Shown here one piece after another: positions 1-10,530 of a stretch of DNA of 64,000 nucleotides (its first letter is position 1; each line of letters begins with the position of its first letter). This DNA comes from a virus. Where the stretch lies: IMG/VR virus record IMGVR_UViG_3300034069_002149, positions 27,650-91,649 of that record; one strand, given 5' to 3'. The position numbers and the translations under genes were made by a program. The notes under the pieces are model-generated. The model saw only the letters and a program-made list of their open reading frames with translations. It had not been told where the DNA came from and did no database searches.

Positions 1-918
1 CGGCCTGGAGAAGCCGGTATCCTCGCTGGCCGCACTCTCCTCCGGGATCGGCGCGTCGTAGTATTCCCCGAGAAGCTGATTGACCTTCCGGAGCAGGTCA
101 TTGCGCATAAACCAGATGTGCGCGTTGCCATTCTCGTAGGTCCGGACCTTGAAGAACTCCGTCTCCACGAGGCACTGCTGAGGTCCCCACCGGTTACCGC
201 GCGCCTTGTCTATCGCAATCTTCAGGCTGTAGTGGGTCTCGTTCTCCGTCTCTCCTTCCTTGGGCTTCGCGCCGTAGTAACTTCCCGGTGGCTCCCGACC
301 GTCCAGGATAAAGAACACGCGCTCGATGTCTGCAATTACGTCCTGCTGATTACGATGGTAGTTCCAGTGTCCGCTGTCATTGAAGGCGCGATCCAGGATG
401 ATCCTGCCACCGATCTTCCAGCCGTCGTGTGACTTGAAGCGGCGATCCAGATTAGAGAAGCACTCTGCGATGCCTCTTTTGAAGATCAGATCCCGCTGGC
501 CCATCAAGCTCTGAACCGTCGCCCGAATGTTGTCCTCCGTCGCGGGCGGCGGGGTCTCCATCAACTCCTTCGTGAACTCGTCCTTGGCCTTCTTGTCCAT
601 CAAGGCTTCGATGTTGCTCAACTCGATCACCCGCGCCCAGACCTGACGATCCACCATGCGCTCGACGGTCTTCTGATAATCCTCCAGCTTCGGTATTGCC
701 AGACGCCCGAGAAAGGCGGTGTCTTCGGTGCGTGAGTGGTAGTTGTAGCGGTTGACCGTCGAGCCGGAAGCATTGGTCAGAGCCATCAGCGCCGCTTTGA
801 TCGTGGTATCCGCCGTGTTCAGTTCGCTGTGAGCCTGGGCGTACAGGTCGAGTGCTTTTTGTCGCCAGCCGCAGATTTCCGTCACCGTGGCGCGAAGGAT
901 TAGAGCATTGTCCTGCAA
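1..918 (-). CDS. DUF4942-type protein, truncated at window edge (missing from ORF track because it has no stop in the window)
   Basis: Hand translation from TTG at 918 (SD-like AAAGGAA upstream) is open to base 1: ...IFKRGIAECFSNLDRRFKSHDGWKIG...ETEFFKVRTYENGNAHIWFMRNDLLRKVNQLLGEYY. These motifs are recalled as DUF4942. Confidence 0.65.
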   Translation of the reverse strand, partial: MQDNALILRATVTEICGWRQKALDLYAQAHSELNTADTTIKAALMALTNASGSTVNRYNYHSRTEDTAFLGRLAIPKLEDYQKTVERMVDRQVWARVIELSNIEALMDKKAKDEFTKELMETPPPATEDNIRATVQSLMGQRDLIFKRGIAECFSNLDRRFKSHDGWKIGGRIILDRAFNDSGHWNYHRNQQDVIADIERVFFILDGREPPGSYYGAKPKEGETENETHYSLKIAIDKARGNRWGPQQCLVETEFFKVRTYENGNAHIWFMRNDLLRKVNQLLGEYYDAPIPEESAASEDTGFSRP

Positions 919-983
919 GGTCGTTCCTTTTTAAAATTCGATGGGAAGATGTGCCGGATGACCGGAGCCACCCGGCGAAGCGG

Positions 984-2326
984 TTATCCCGGAAGTCGGA
1001 CGTAGCGGCCATTCCGGACTTCGATAGGCCGCACGAAGGACATGAAGCGAACATTGAACGGCTTGCCGTTGCGTACTCGTGCCGCTACCTCTGCGGCGTC
1101 CCAGTTGTCCCAGGTGCTCGCCAGCTCCGCGCTGTCGCTGCCCTTGCCAATCTCGTAGGTGAACACCCCGAAGCTGTGGCCGTCCGCGACGTCGATTTTC
1201 CGGATGGGCGGAATGCCGCTCATGTTGTGATCCGGGACAGAGCCATCCAGGAACCCCGGATGACGGGTGTTGCGGATCATCGCCTCGAATTTCTTGGCAA
1301 TGCGCTCCTGCGTTTCCCGAGACATATACTGCGGTTCGTAGCTGTACTTGGTCATCAGAAAATCCTCGTGGTCAAACCGGTGTAGCGGGAGAAAACTTCC
1401 TGCAACATGTCGCAGTAGATATCGTTGATTTCCTTGATCGTTTTGACGTCAAAGACTCCCTTGCGCCTGCCGATCTTCATGAACTCGATGCGGTAGGTGT
1501 CTGACGGCTCCAGGGTAATGCGAACCTTGTTGATGCCGTCCTTAACGAAGTGCCGTGTCGATGGCAGAGAGAACATCAGGGACTTGTCGTCACCCAGAAA
1601 ATTCTTTGCGCCGGTCACAGTCGCAAACGGCTTGCCGCCAAGCTGCTGAAGGATGGTGTTCGCAACGCCGTTGTCTGTCGATGCCATTTGTTTTTCTCCT
1701 GGATTATGGGGTCCGGAGCGACCACACACGAGGCCGCTCCCATATGCTCAAGCGGCGTCGGATTGGTTCCGGACAATTGCCTCGATCATGACGTCCAGGT
1801 CTTCCTCGTCGTTCTCTTCCTCCTGGTCGTCATCCGGCGCGTAGTTTGGAGCCACCTCATCGAACAGTTCTTCCGCGACTTCCCGGAGATAGTCCGTGCA
1901 ATCGCTCTCGATGCCCCACAGCGAAGCGGCGTGTAACTCGACCTCTTCGCCGTCCTGCTCTACGGAAACGACCACGCCGACGTATTCCCAATCCCCATTG
2001 CACCAGCGGCGAAGCCGGTCAAAATCTGCCTCAGCCGCCCGTGCCGCGCGCTGCGCCTTGGTGCCTTCGCCATACGGCGGCGCGTCCCAACCGTCACGCT
2101 TGGCGATCCTGACCGCTTCTGCGAAGTCGTAGTAACGCTTGGCTCCGCGCCGGTCTCCGATCAGCACACGCTCTCCCGGCTGCTTGGCTCTGGTTGTCCA
2201 GTCCGTTACCGGACCATGGCCGCATTCGTGGTCCCACGGTGCTTCCTGGTAATCTTCATGCTCAAGGCGGGCAATCAGTTCGTAGCCGTTGCTCAGGGTG
2301 CGGGTGGCGAAGTTGTCGAAGCTCAT
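984..2326 (-). CDS. Three hypothetical phage proteins: 984-1355, 1355-1687, 1748-2326
   Basis: Abutting ORFs with SD sites and host-like codon usage. Starts trimmed to ATGs behind SD or leader motif (MASTDNG..., MSFDNF...). Confidence 0.7.
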
Positions 2327-2390
2327 AGGGCAATCTTTCATGTGAGAGTAGGGGAGAAGGTGGGCGGGTGCTCGACCCGCCCGGTTGGTG

Positions 2391-3428
2391 TCAGGCTGCC
2401 ATTTCCGCGACTTCTGCGGTTTCCTGCTTGGCCTCGACCTCGATCTCAAAATCACCGTCTTCGTCAATTTCCAGGTCACCGGCTGGCTGCTTCGCAATCA
2501 TGAAGTCAACCGCCTTCTGCGCTTCACTCGCGGCCTTGAAGAAGAACTTCTTGTCGTTCTTCATCGCCTTGAGCCAGTTCTTCAGGTAGATCGCATGGTC
2601 TTCGCGGACGGTCGCGGAAACCCCGAGATAGCTGCACAGGAAGGCGGAGCCAAGCTCGGCAATCAATTCCTCGTAGGCGTAATCCTCGCTGCCGAAGCGT
2701 CCCGTCTGGTCCCGGTTCATCCGATCTTCCTTGCCCGTCCAGTGGATGTATTCGTGAAGCTGTGTGCTGTGGAAGTGCTCGATGGCGGTGCCGTGCGCCG
2801 TGTCGATGAACTGCTCAGGTGTCGGCATCACGATCTTGTCGTAGGTCGGGCTATAGTAGGCGCTGTCGGAGCCTTCCGTGTAGTTCGCCAGCATGTGGCG
2901 CAGGAACTCGGTAACGCGCGGGCTGCGCTCGACCAGCTTGGGAACCTCGACCACCTTCGGCTGATAACCCTCGACCTGCTCGGCGTTGAACACCGTGTAG
3001 GCTCTCATCATGAAGCCGCCTTTGTCGTCCGGATTGTTCTCGTCCTTCTCGAACCGCTTGGCGTACACGATGGTCGTGCCCTTCTCACCCTTGCGGACAG
3101 ACATCGTGCCCTGCTTGACGACCTTGCCCTCTTCGTCTCGTTCCTCGCCGCCCTTCTTCTTCCACTGGTCGAAGGTGGCCCATTCGCCGCTGCTGTACCC
3201 GGCACTCATCAGGATCACGACGTTGATGCCGCGATAAGGCTTCCGGCTCACAACGTTGATCGGGGTTCCGCCATACAGGCCGGTCGTCTTCCAGGGACGC
3301 TTCCACGGATCGGTGCAGGTCTCCAGCATCTCGGCCAGCTTGTCGGTGACCGACTGGTAAACGTCGAACTTCGGCTTGGTGGAGGTGGACTTGCGGGTCG
3401 TCTTCTTCGTGGTCGTGCGCTTGGTCAT
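2391..3428 (-). CDS. ardC: ArdC-family antirestriction/ssDNA-binding protein (N-terminal ssDNA-binding plus zincin-like domain)
   Basis: PWKRPW, P-N..S.KPYRGIN...L, W.TF.QW, VRKGEKG, YTVFNAEQVEG, HE..HWTG...R..R, YA.EEL.AELGSAFLC, Y...WL..M..D..FFFKAAS.AQKAVDF. ATG at 3428 lies behind the leader motif. Confidence 0.9.
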   Translation of the reverse strand: MTKRTTTKKTTRKSTSTKPKFDVYQSVTDKLAEMLETCTDPWKRPWKTTGLYGGTPINVVSRKPYRGINVVILMSAGYSSGEWATFDQWKKKGGEERDEEGKVVKQGTMSVRKGEKGTTIVYAKRFEKDENNPDDKGGFMMRAYTVFNAEQVEGYQPKVVEVPKLVERSPRVTEFLRHMLANYTEGSDSAYYSPTYDKIVMPTPEQFIDTAHGTAIEHFHSTQLHEYIHWTGKEDRMNRDQTGRFGSEDYAYEELIAELGSAFLCSYLGVSATVREDHAIYLKNWLKAMKNDKKFFFKAASEAQKAVDFMIAKQPAGDLEIDEDGDFEIEVEAKQETAEVAEMAA

Positions 3429-3443
3429 TTGCCCTGCCCTATC

Positions 3444-3670
3444 TGTGAGAGTTTGCGGCGGGTGCCGCGTGTTCCGCGCTGTGTGCCTAAGCACAAAAAC
3501 ACTATGCATCATTTAGCGGGTGCATGCACCATTTATTTTGCCTTGGGATGAAAAAAGTTTGGCGTGCCTGTGCTGGCAAGCAGCCATGAAAAAAGCCACC
3601 ACAAGCCCGTATAAGGCTGCTGTGGTGGCTTCTGAGGATTGGCGGGTACATGGGCACCCGCCGCAGGCTT
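3444..3670 (-). repeat. Terminator-promoter-operator-leader cassette, copy A
   Basis: Hairpin GGCGGGTACATGGGCACCCGCC 3641-3662, palindrome GGTGCATGCACC 3519-3530, -10-like CATAGT, leader hairpins and CTCTCACA 3444-3451. Near-identical blocks at 5787 and 10302. Confidence 0.85.
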
Positions 3671-3697
3671 TAAATCAAGCGGACAGGCCGCATCGGC

Positions 3698-5772
3698 TTA
3701 CGAGCAGGGAGGGGAATTCAGGAAGGTCTGCAAAGAATGTTTCGTGGCCGGAATGCCGAAGGAGGTGGCGACTTCCTTGGCGATGTCCCTGACCTCTGCG
3801 TCGCCGGTCTTCAGGTCGCTGACAATCTTTCTGGCCCGCATGTCCACTTCGTCCAGGTCGTAGTTGAAGCCATCTCGGTCCGCCTTGATGGCTTTCATCA
3901 GCGCCAGCTTGTAGCGCGCCAGGAAATCCTCGGCACTGACCCCGACCACTTCCCACGCACCGCGAGCGGGCATGATGTCATCGCGCTCGATCTGGTCCCG
4001 CTGCTTCTGTGTGTAGAGTGTGGCGAATGCCTGTCCCGGTACCCAGTCCTTAACCTTGCCGCCACACCAGTAGGGTCGCCCGCCAGAGGCGTCCTGGTCA
4101 AGGCTGCGAATGACATAGCGGCTGTAGTTCTTCGTCATTGGGCGTGTCTCCTGTTCGTGAGAGATGGGGGAATGGTTAGGCGTCGATCTTCTCTTGGGAG
4201 GAAGGAAGCGGTTTCATCTTGCCCGTGTAGGTCGGGCGCAGGACTTCCCACGGACGAGGCACGCCAGCATGGTAATCCTGCTCGATCTTGGTCAGAAGCT
4301 CCTTGGCTTCCTCCCAGGTCTCAGGCGTCGGCAGATGCCACGCTTCCGACCAATGTCCCTGCTTGTCGATGACGTTGATCCAGCCCTTCTTCTCGGAAGA
4401 TCCAGCGGTATCCAGGCCGTGCCACTTCGCATACTGCGTGACAATCTGACGGGCGGTTTGCTTGATAGCTTTGAGCATGACGATGTTTCCCTGTGTGAGA
4501 GTTCAGCGAATGCCGCAGACGGCGAGCGGCTTGTCTGCATTCTGTTTCGTCGGCTTGGCGGGGAAGACCCGAACCACCCATCCACGACCGTAGAAAAGCC
4601 GGGTGTTGGCGGAAATCACATCGACCATCCCGTGACAGACTTTGTCCGCGTCCTTCTTGGTCGTGCTCAGCTTCACGTCGATCCGCGACATGAAGGCATC
4701 GACGGCGCAGTCAGTCTTGACCCGAGTGCGTTCCGCCAGGAAGCAGACCACCTCGGCGGCGTCCGCCGCTGTGGTTTCGATTTCAGGCTTCTTAAGTGTC
4801 ACGAAGTTCGGCTCCGCGCCGACAATGGAAGCTCCGAAGAACCCAACACACAGGCATGCCGTAACCAGTCCGAAATTCCGTAGTCCCTTCAGCATTAGAC
4901 AGCGTTCCTTCGTGTGAGAGCGATGGATCAGAAAGGATAATAGAAGCGATTGGTTTTGTAGTTCAGAATATGCCCCCGGATGGTTTCCTCATCGATCTTG
5001 CCCTTGGCCCAATCCTGGAAAAGATCGACCCACCATTTCGCGTTGGTGCTGACGAAGAAACCGCGCGTTCTGGAAATCTGCCGACGTTGCTTGGTGGACA
5101 GAGACATATACTCGGATGCTCCCTCCTTGGTCGCAATCTCCTGTGTCTGGACGTAGAGCAGGTCGAACAGTTCTTGATTGGTCATGCGCTCAAACCTCCA
5201 GGATGCGGGAAAAGCCGATGTAGTCCACGCTGTAAAGCTCCGTCGTGCCGTCGTCCCGCTCGATCTCGATGCGATCCCCGACCGATGTGCTCCGGCATCC
5301 GCTCTCCAGCTTGGCAGGCCCGACCATCTCGACGCTGGCGTTCTCCCACCATGCTTGCTCGATGGTGTTGGTGAGCACGTAAGCTGCGTCGAGTGCAGGC
5401 TTGAGGCTGATGTCGTAGTCGAAGCTCACGATGGCGACGCACTCTCCGCTGGCTCCGAATGAGTGGTGCTGGACCTTGGCGCGAACGATCTTGGTCATGA
5501 TGCTGTGTTTCCTTGTGTGAGAGTGTTTCGTTTTAGGAATAGAGTTTCTTTCCAAGCCTCTTCTCGAATATCTCCTTAGCTTCATCCAGAGACAGACCCT
5601 TCTCTGATTGCTTGACGACACACCAGGACTTTCGAATTCCGCCTCGAACCCGACCGTCGTAGTTCTCGCACAGCTTGAAAATGAAATACTTTCCAGTGCG
5701 CTCGTCTTTGCCGGGTGCGAAAATCACGCCTTTGGTGCTTTTCTGTGCCTTGTTGGTATACACCGTCGCCAT
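3698..5772 (-). CDS. Six hypothetical proteins: 3698-4138, 4176-4478, 4503-4895 (signal-peptide-like N-terminus), 4928-5185, 5190-5498, 5533-5772
   Basis: Compact co-oriented ORFs. Five of the six starts follow a CTCTCAC(A/G) leader motif plus SD. Confidence 0.7.
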
Positions 5773-5786
5773 GTTTCCCGTTCCCC

Positions 5787-5990
5787 TGTGAGAGTGTGCG
5801 GCGGGTGCCGCTGCGCTGTGTGCCTAAGCACAAAAAGATAATGGCACATTGTTATGGTGCATGCACCATTTATTTTGCTGTGAGATGAAAAAAGTTTGGA
5901 CGGCAGAAACGGAAAGGCGGGTCATGCACAGGCACAGAACGCCCACACAAGCCCGCCAGAACGTCACACAGTAGGGTCTAAGGGTTTTAG
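5787..5990 (-). repeat. Promoter-operator-leader cassette, copy B
   Basis: TGTGAGAGTGTGCGGCGGGTGCCGC...GTGTGCCTAAGCACAA...GGTGCATGCACC (5856-5867) ATTTATTTT...GATGAAAAAAGTTTGG...CACAAGCCCG. Confidence 0.85.
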
Positions 5991-6044
5991 GCTATCAGGG
6001 TAGCGGAAGGCCGCCAGCTTGCGCCAGCGGCTCCCGTATCGTGC

Positions 6045-6716
6045 TCACAGATCCAGGAGCTTGTTGCCCTTTGCCAAGTTCTCCGATGCCGGGATGATCC
6101 GAAGATTCCAGGGGACGTGAAGGCCGCAGACGTTGTCTCCCTGGAGGGGTACGATATGATCGACATGGTGCTCGATGCCGGTCTCCGCCGTGATCCCCCG
6201 ACACTCGGTATATATGGCGTCAACCTGCTTGCGAAGCGCGCCCTTCAGCCAGGGAGGACAGGCTCCCAACTTGGCCGCATGCCGCTTCGCGCCGATGGCG
6301 TTGACCTTGTCGAGGTTGATGGTCTGCCACAGCCGGTCGTAGGCTTTCTTGCGAGCAGGATCTACACGAGCCTTTCTCTCCCTCGCATACTCCGCCATTT
6401 TTACACGGTTTCGGCTCGACCAGTCTTTGAACTGCTCATAAATTTTCAGGCGGTTTTCCTGACGATATTTCTTCTTATGAGCAAGGCGCGCTTCCCGGTT
6501 TTCCTCGTCATACTTTAGACGGTAGGCTTTGCGATGGTCAAAAGTCTTCGCCGTCCAGTTCCTCTTAGAGTTGTTGTTGCATGTCGTGCAATACTTGTTA
6601 GCCGTGTATCGTGGAGCGAGGTGGCCGTGTTTGCATGGCTTGCCGGTAAAGAACTGAGTGCAGGAAAGAGCGCGAGCCTCTTCATAGGTTCGCGGCAGGT
6701 CCTCGTAATCGATCAC
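6045..6716 (-). CDS. Free-standing HNH homing endonuclease
   Basis: C-terminal HHVDHIVPLQGDNVCGLHVPWNLRIIPASENLAKGN and N-terminal TGKPCKHGH...CTTC zinc module. Confidence 0.88.
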   Translation of the reverse strand: MIDYEDLPRTYEEARALSCTQFFTGKPCKHGHLAPRYTANKYCTTCNNNSKRNWTAKTFDHRKAYRLKYDEENREARLAHKKKYRQENRLKIYEQFKDWSSRNRVKMAEYARERKARVDPARKKAYDRLWQTINLDKVNAIGAKRHAAKLGACPPWLKGALRKQVDAIYTECRGITAETGIEHHVDHIVPLQGDNVCGLHVPWNLRIIPASENLAKGNKLLDL

Positions 6717-6769
6717 GGTGTTTCCTCGTATAGATGATTGCCCTGAAGTTCTTTCACATTATGGCAAAG

Positions 6770-6797
6770 AAAAAGGAGCCTGTAAACAGGCTCCTTA
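6770..6797 (-). terminator. Intrinsic terminator after helicase
   Basis: AAAAAGGAGCCTGTAAACAGGCTCCTT: perfect stem with a U-tract on the minus strand. Confidence 0.8.
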
Positions 6798-6802
6798 TCT
6801 CG

Positions 6803-8371
6803 TTACGCTGCTACTTTTTCCTTCGTTTCTTCCTTCTTTGGAAGTGTCTCTATGCTCTGATCCACCTCGACTAAGGTTTCTATTGCTCTAGTGACTGCCA
6901 CATAGTCGAGATTATGTTCCGCGACAAGCTGATGTGGCTGCCGCGCGAAGCGGCTCGGGCAGTGCTTGAAGTGGTCTAGGCGAAATACCCTTTTGAACTC
7001 GCGGCCTTTACTTCTGTGGTAACTACAAAGGGTTAGCAGTCCACTCTTGGTCACATCGTCCGCGAACATGTCCTCGATCATCGCCTTCAGGCCGTTGACG
7101 TCGAGGTTCAGGCTTTCCGCCCGCTCGATCAGCACCAGCAGGGTGTTGACCTTATCCGTGATCGCGTCAGCCCGCTCCTCCTGGTCCTTCGCCATCGCCT
7201 TCTCAACCTCACGGTCGCGGTAGGTCGAGAGCCGATCCTTCAGGGTGTCGAGCTTCTTAACCTTCCACTTGGAGACCAGCGCCACCAGACCCGCGCCGAT
7301 CTCCCGGCCCTCGATCTTGCAGGCGATGCCGCGCCGGATCAGGGAGAACGCCAGGGTAACCATCGGCGCATTGACCCGGCACAGGATGGCATCGGTCGGC
7401 AGAAGCTCCGTCGCGTTAAACTCATCGCCGCCGATGAACAGCACCTCACCCTCGGGCGCGTTGGGTGCCGCCTGGATGTGGCTGACAACGCGATGGGCAT
7501 AGGCCACGATCTTCTTGGCGGAGCGGTACGTCACCGACAGCGGCAGGGTGTGGCAGCGGAAGTCGCGCTTGATGATATCCAGTGCGCCATGCATCGCACC
7601 CGTGAAACCGTAGATGTTCTGGCGTGGATCACCCACGAAGATGAACCGGCCACCGCGACGGATCATCTTCTTCGCCAGGAGCATACGGGACAGGTTCAGG
7701 TCCTGCGCTTCGTCAACCATCAGGTTGTCGTAACCCCAAACCCGCATGTTGTGAACCAGAGGCAGATAAACCATGTCGCTGAAATCGATGGTGGTAATAT
7801 CGGCGTTGGACTTCTTCAGGACGTGGATCGCGGCGGGAATGGCCTTGTCTTCCAGTCGTCCCTCGACATTATCGGAAAGCTTTTCATCAATGCTGTAGTG
7901 ATAAATCATGTGGTTCCAGGCATTCATATCGTTCATCTCCGGACCACCAGCAACACCAAATGCAAGGTTCTTCGCCATCTTGACGGCGGCTTCGATGAAC
8001 GGCCCGAACTCGGCAATGTCCGGACGCTTGATGCAGATCTCGTCAACGATCTTGTTTACCTTCTTGTCGTCAATCTCGGCGCGCTTCTTGCCCTGTCCCT
8101 TCAGATAGCTGTTGATCGCGCCGTTGCCCGCGCTGTGGAACGTCTTCGCCTGCGAGCTGACCATCTCAGCCTTCTGGATCTTGCCTTCCAGCTCGACCGC
8201 GATGGCCTTGTTGAAGGCGATGATGCCAGTGGAACCGGTAACCAGTTCCGCAGCCCTGAGAATGGTCGTGCTCTTGCCCGACCCTGCCACCGCTTCGATG
8301 ACCAGATTTTGCTTGGTGGTTTCGAGGAAGGAGAAAACCGCCTGCTGATATTCGGACCATGAGAAAGCCAT
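6803..8371 (-). CDS. UvrD/Rep-like SF1 DNA helicase
   Basis: Walker A AVAGSGKS, Walker B LMVDEAQD, VGDPRQNIYGFTGA, LSVTYRS, H.SKGREF, YVAVTRA. ATG at 8371. Confidence 0.9.
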   Translation of the reverse strand: MAFSWSEYQQAVFSFLETTKQNLVIEAVAGSGKSTTILRAAELVTGSTGIIAFNKAIAVELEGKIQKAEMVSSQAKTFHSAGNGAINSYLKGQGKKRAEIDDKKVNKIVDEICIKRPDIAEFGPFIEAAVKMAKNLAFGVAGGPEMNDMNAWNHMIYHYSIDEKLSDNVEGRLEDKAIPAAIHVLKKSNADITTIDFSDMVYLPLVHNMRVWGYDNLMVDEAQDLNLSRMLLAKKMIRRGGRFIFVGDPRQNIYGFTGAMHGALDIIKRDFRCHTLPLSVTYRSAKKIVAYAHRVVSHIQAAPNAPEGEVLFIGGDEFNATELLPTDAILCRVNAPMVTLAFSLIRRGIACKIEGREIGAGLVALVSKWKVKKLDTLKDRLSTYRDREVEKAMAKDQEERADAITDKVNTLLVLIERAESLNLDVNGLKAMIEDMFADDVTKSGLLTLCSYHRSKGREFKRVFRLDHFKHCPSRFARQPHQLVAEHNLDYVAVTRAIETLVEVDQSIETLPKKEETKEKVAA

Positions 8372-8385
8372 CTGCCCTATTCCCC

Positions 8386-8460
8386 TGTGTGAGAGTGTCC
8401 CGTGTGGCTGTAACCAACCAACAACAGGACTATGGCACAACAACGGGTGCATGCACCATA
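8386..8460 (-). promoter_or_regulatory. Helicase promoter with GGTGCATGCACC palindrome and leader motif
   Basis: Palindrome 8446-8457, CATAGT 11 nt downstream on minus strand, CTCTCACA 8388-8395. Confidence 0.7.
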
Positions 8461-8561
8461 GGAAAATGAAGATTTTTCACATCTAATACTAATGCGCGCC
8501 GCGCCCCAAACGAGAGGCACAGCGCACACTTCAGCTATGGGTTGAGGATCGCGCCGCGAAG

Positions 8562-10286
8562 TTATTCGTCTTCGTCGTCCTCATCCTGGTCGTCGTCCTC
8601 GCTGTTCGGAATGGAGATGTCGTTGGCGGAAACCAGTGCCTCGAACTCCGCGACGTCGCTTTCTGCTTCCCGGCTTTTGCGCGCCATCTCCAGGCCGAAC
8701 TGTGCCAGGATGCGAACGTGAGACCTCAACATCTCGATCAGCGCCAGAGTATCACACGCGCCAACCGCCACGAAGTCATCCCCGGCATCGATCTCCTCCG
8801 CGACCTGGATAGCGTGGTGCGGGCTGGCTGCCTCGACCTCCAGCGTGAAGTCGGGGACGCCGACCGGCGTCGTGGTGAGCGGATAGCGGCAATCAACGAT
8901 GTACATGGTCATGTGTCTTGTCCTCGTGTGAGAGATTGGTTAGGAGATGGCTTGTTCGTGGGCGCGGAAGGCTTCGTCACGGGAGGAGAAGCCATCGAGC
9001 ACAGGCAGATCGTCTCGCTCGAAGATCACGAACCACTCGCCTGACATGAAGCTGTTGTCGATGATCCCGCCTTTGACGGGATCTCTGTTCGTCGCCATCC
9101 CGCCAGGGAATGCTTCTGTCCAGCCTTCGGGCAGATTACGCGGCATCTTGTTCGTCCTCTACCTTGGGATAATAGATGCGCTCAAGCTCGACATAGCGGG
9201 TCATGAACTTGATCAGAGCTTCCTTCAGGTCGTCGCACTCTCCGCTGCAATAGTGCATTCCGGCGACCCCACCGTCTGCGTCGTCTGCCGGGTAGATGAG
9301 GTTCTGAATGTCGCGGTACATGGTGTCGATGCCGTTGTCCACGGCATCCGCGATCATCTTCGGTGTGATGGACGGAAAGCTTTTCATGATGTTCGTGTTC
9401 CCTGTGTGAGAGCGTTTGGGGTTGTCGAAGGTGGGGGACTAAGCCCCCGTATCGTCCAGGCTTTCCGGCAACTGAATTCGGATGCGATGGACCTTGCCCT
9501 TGCCGAAGTCGAAGTGGACCATCCAGGAGCAGTAGTGACGCTCCGCCGCATACTTCTCGCCGTTGGGGGACAGGGTGCCGTCCGCGTAGACGTATTCGGG
9601 TTCGATGTGTCCGGATTTCATCCGCGATACGCTTCCCTCCCAGAGAGATTGGCAGGCTTTGCGGGCGAAGTCTCGATCAGCGGCGGGAATGGAGTTGACG
9701 CAGAAAGCCATGGCGCGAACCTCAGATGTGAATGGTGACTTGAGCCAGGAAACCGGAGGTATCGATCTCGACACTCTCAGGCACGGCATCCAGGCGGATA
9801 TACTCGGGAATGCTGGCATCCTTCATCGCGCTGCGAACCAGGGGAAGGAAGACGTTGCTGTTCGAGTAAGGCCCGAACTTATCGTCCAGATGGAAAGCGC
9901 CCATGTCGCAGTGCTTACGATCAATCTTCGGCACTCTGATGCGCTGGTATGCAGGACTGTGATCCATGTGCCAGACGGTTTCGACCTTGGCCTTGAACGT
10001 GATGTTTGGCATTCGACTGTCCCCTGTGTGAGAGTGAAGATGGGAGATGTTAGACGAGTTCCGCTTTGAAAGCCGCGTGCCCGCCGCCGCAGAATTCCGC
10101 GACACCTGTATCCTGAAGACTGGATCGAAGTTCATTCTCAGTCATACTTATGCCCAAATCTCCGTTCTGCTCGACATCCAGGAGTTCCTGAATATATCCG
10201 TCAAGGGTGCCGTGCCAGACCGGTTCTTCTTCGAACTGTGTGAATACCCGGTTGACGTAAAATCCTGTCGAAATCTTTATGTTCAT
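8562..10286 (-). CDS. Six hypothetical proteins: 8562-8912, 8940-9146, 9136-9387, 9439-9711, 9722-10012, 10050-10286
   Basis: Co-oriented compact ORFs. Four starts follow the CTCTCACA motif. Confidence 0.7.
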
Positions 10287-10301
10287 TGCGCCCGTTCCCC
10301 T

Positions 10302-10530
10302 TGTGAGAGTGTGCGGCGGGTGCCGCGCCGTTCCGCTGTGTGCCTAAGCACAAGAACACTATGCACTAAACTGTGGGTGCATGCACCATTTATTTTACTG
10401 CCAGGGAAAAATAATTTGGCACCCAACGGCACCCGTAAGCATAAAGGGAATAGCGCCACAAGCCCGCCAGAAGCTCAGGGAGTGGCCTGTGAGGGTTGGC
10501 GGGTACGTGGGCACCCGCCAACGGCCTGCT
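10302..10530 (-). repeat. Terminator-promoter-operator-leader cassette, copy C
   Basis: Hairpin GGCGGGTACGTGGGCACCCGCC 10498-10519, palindrome 10376-10387, CATAGT, leader hairpins, motif 10302-10309. Confidence 0.85.

Noticed and set aside
5190-5498. YodL-like assignment from the RSTSVGD motif
   Set aside because: A single short motif is insufficient without a profile search.
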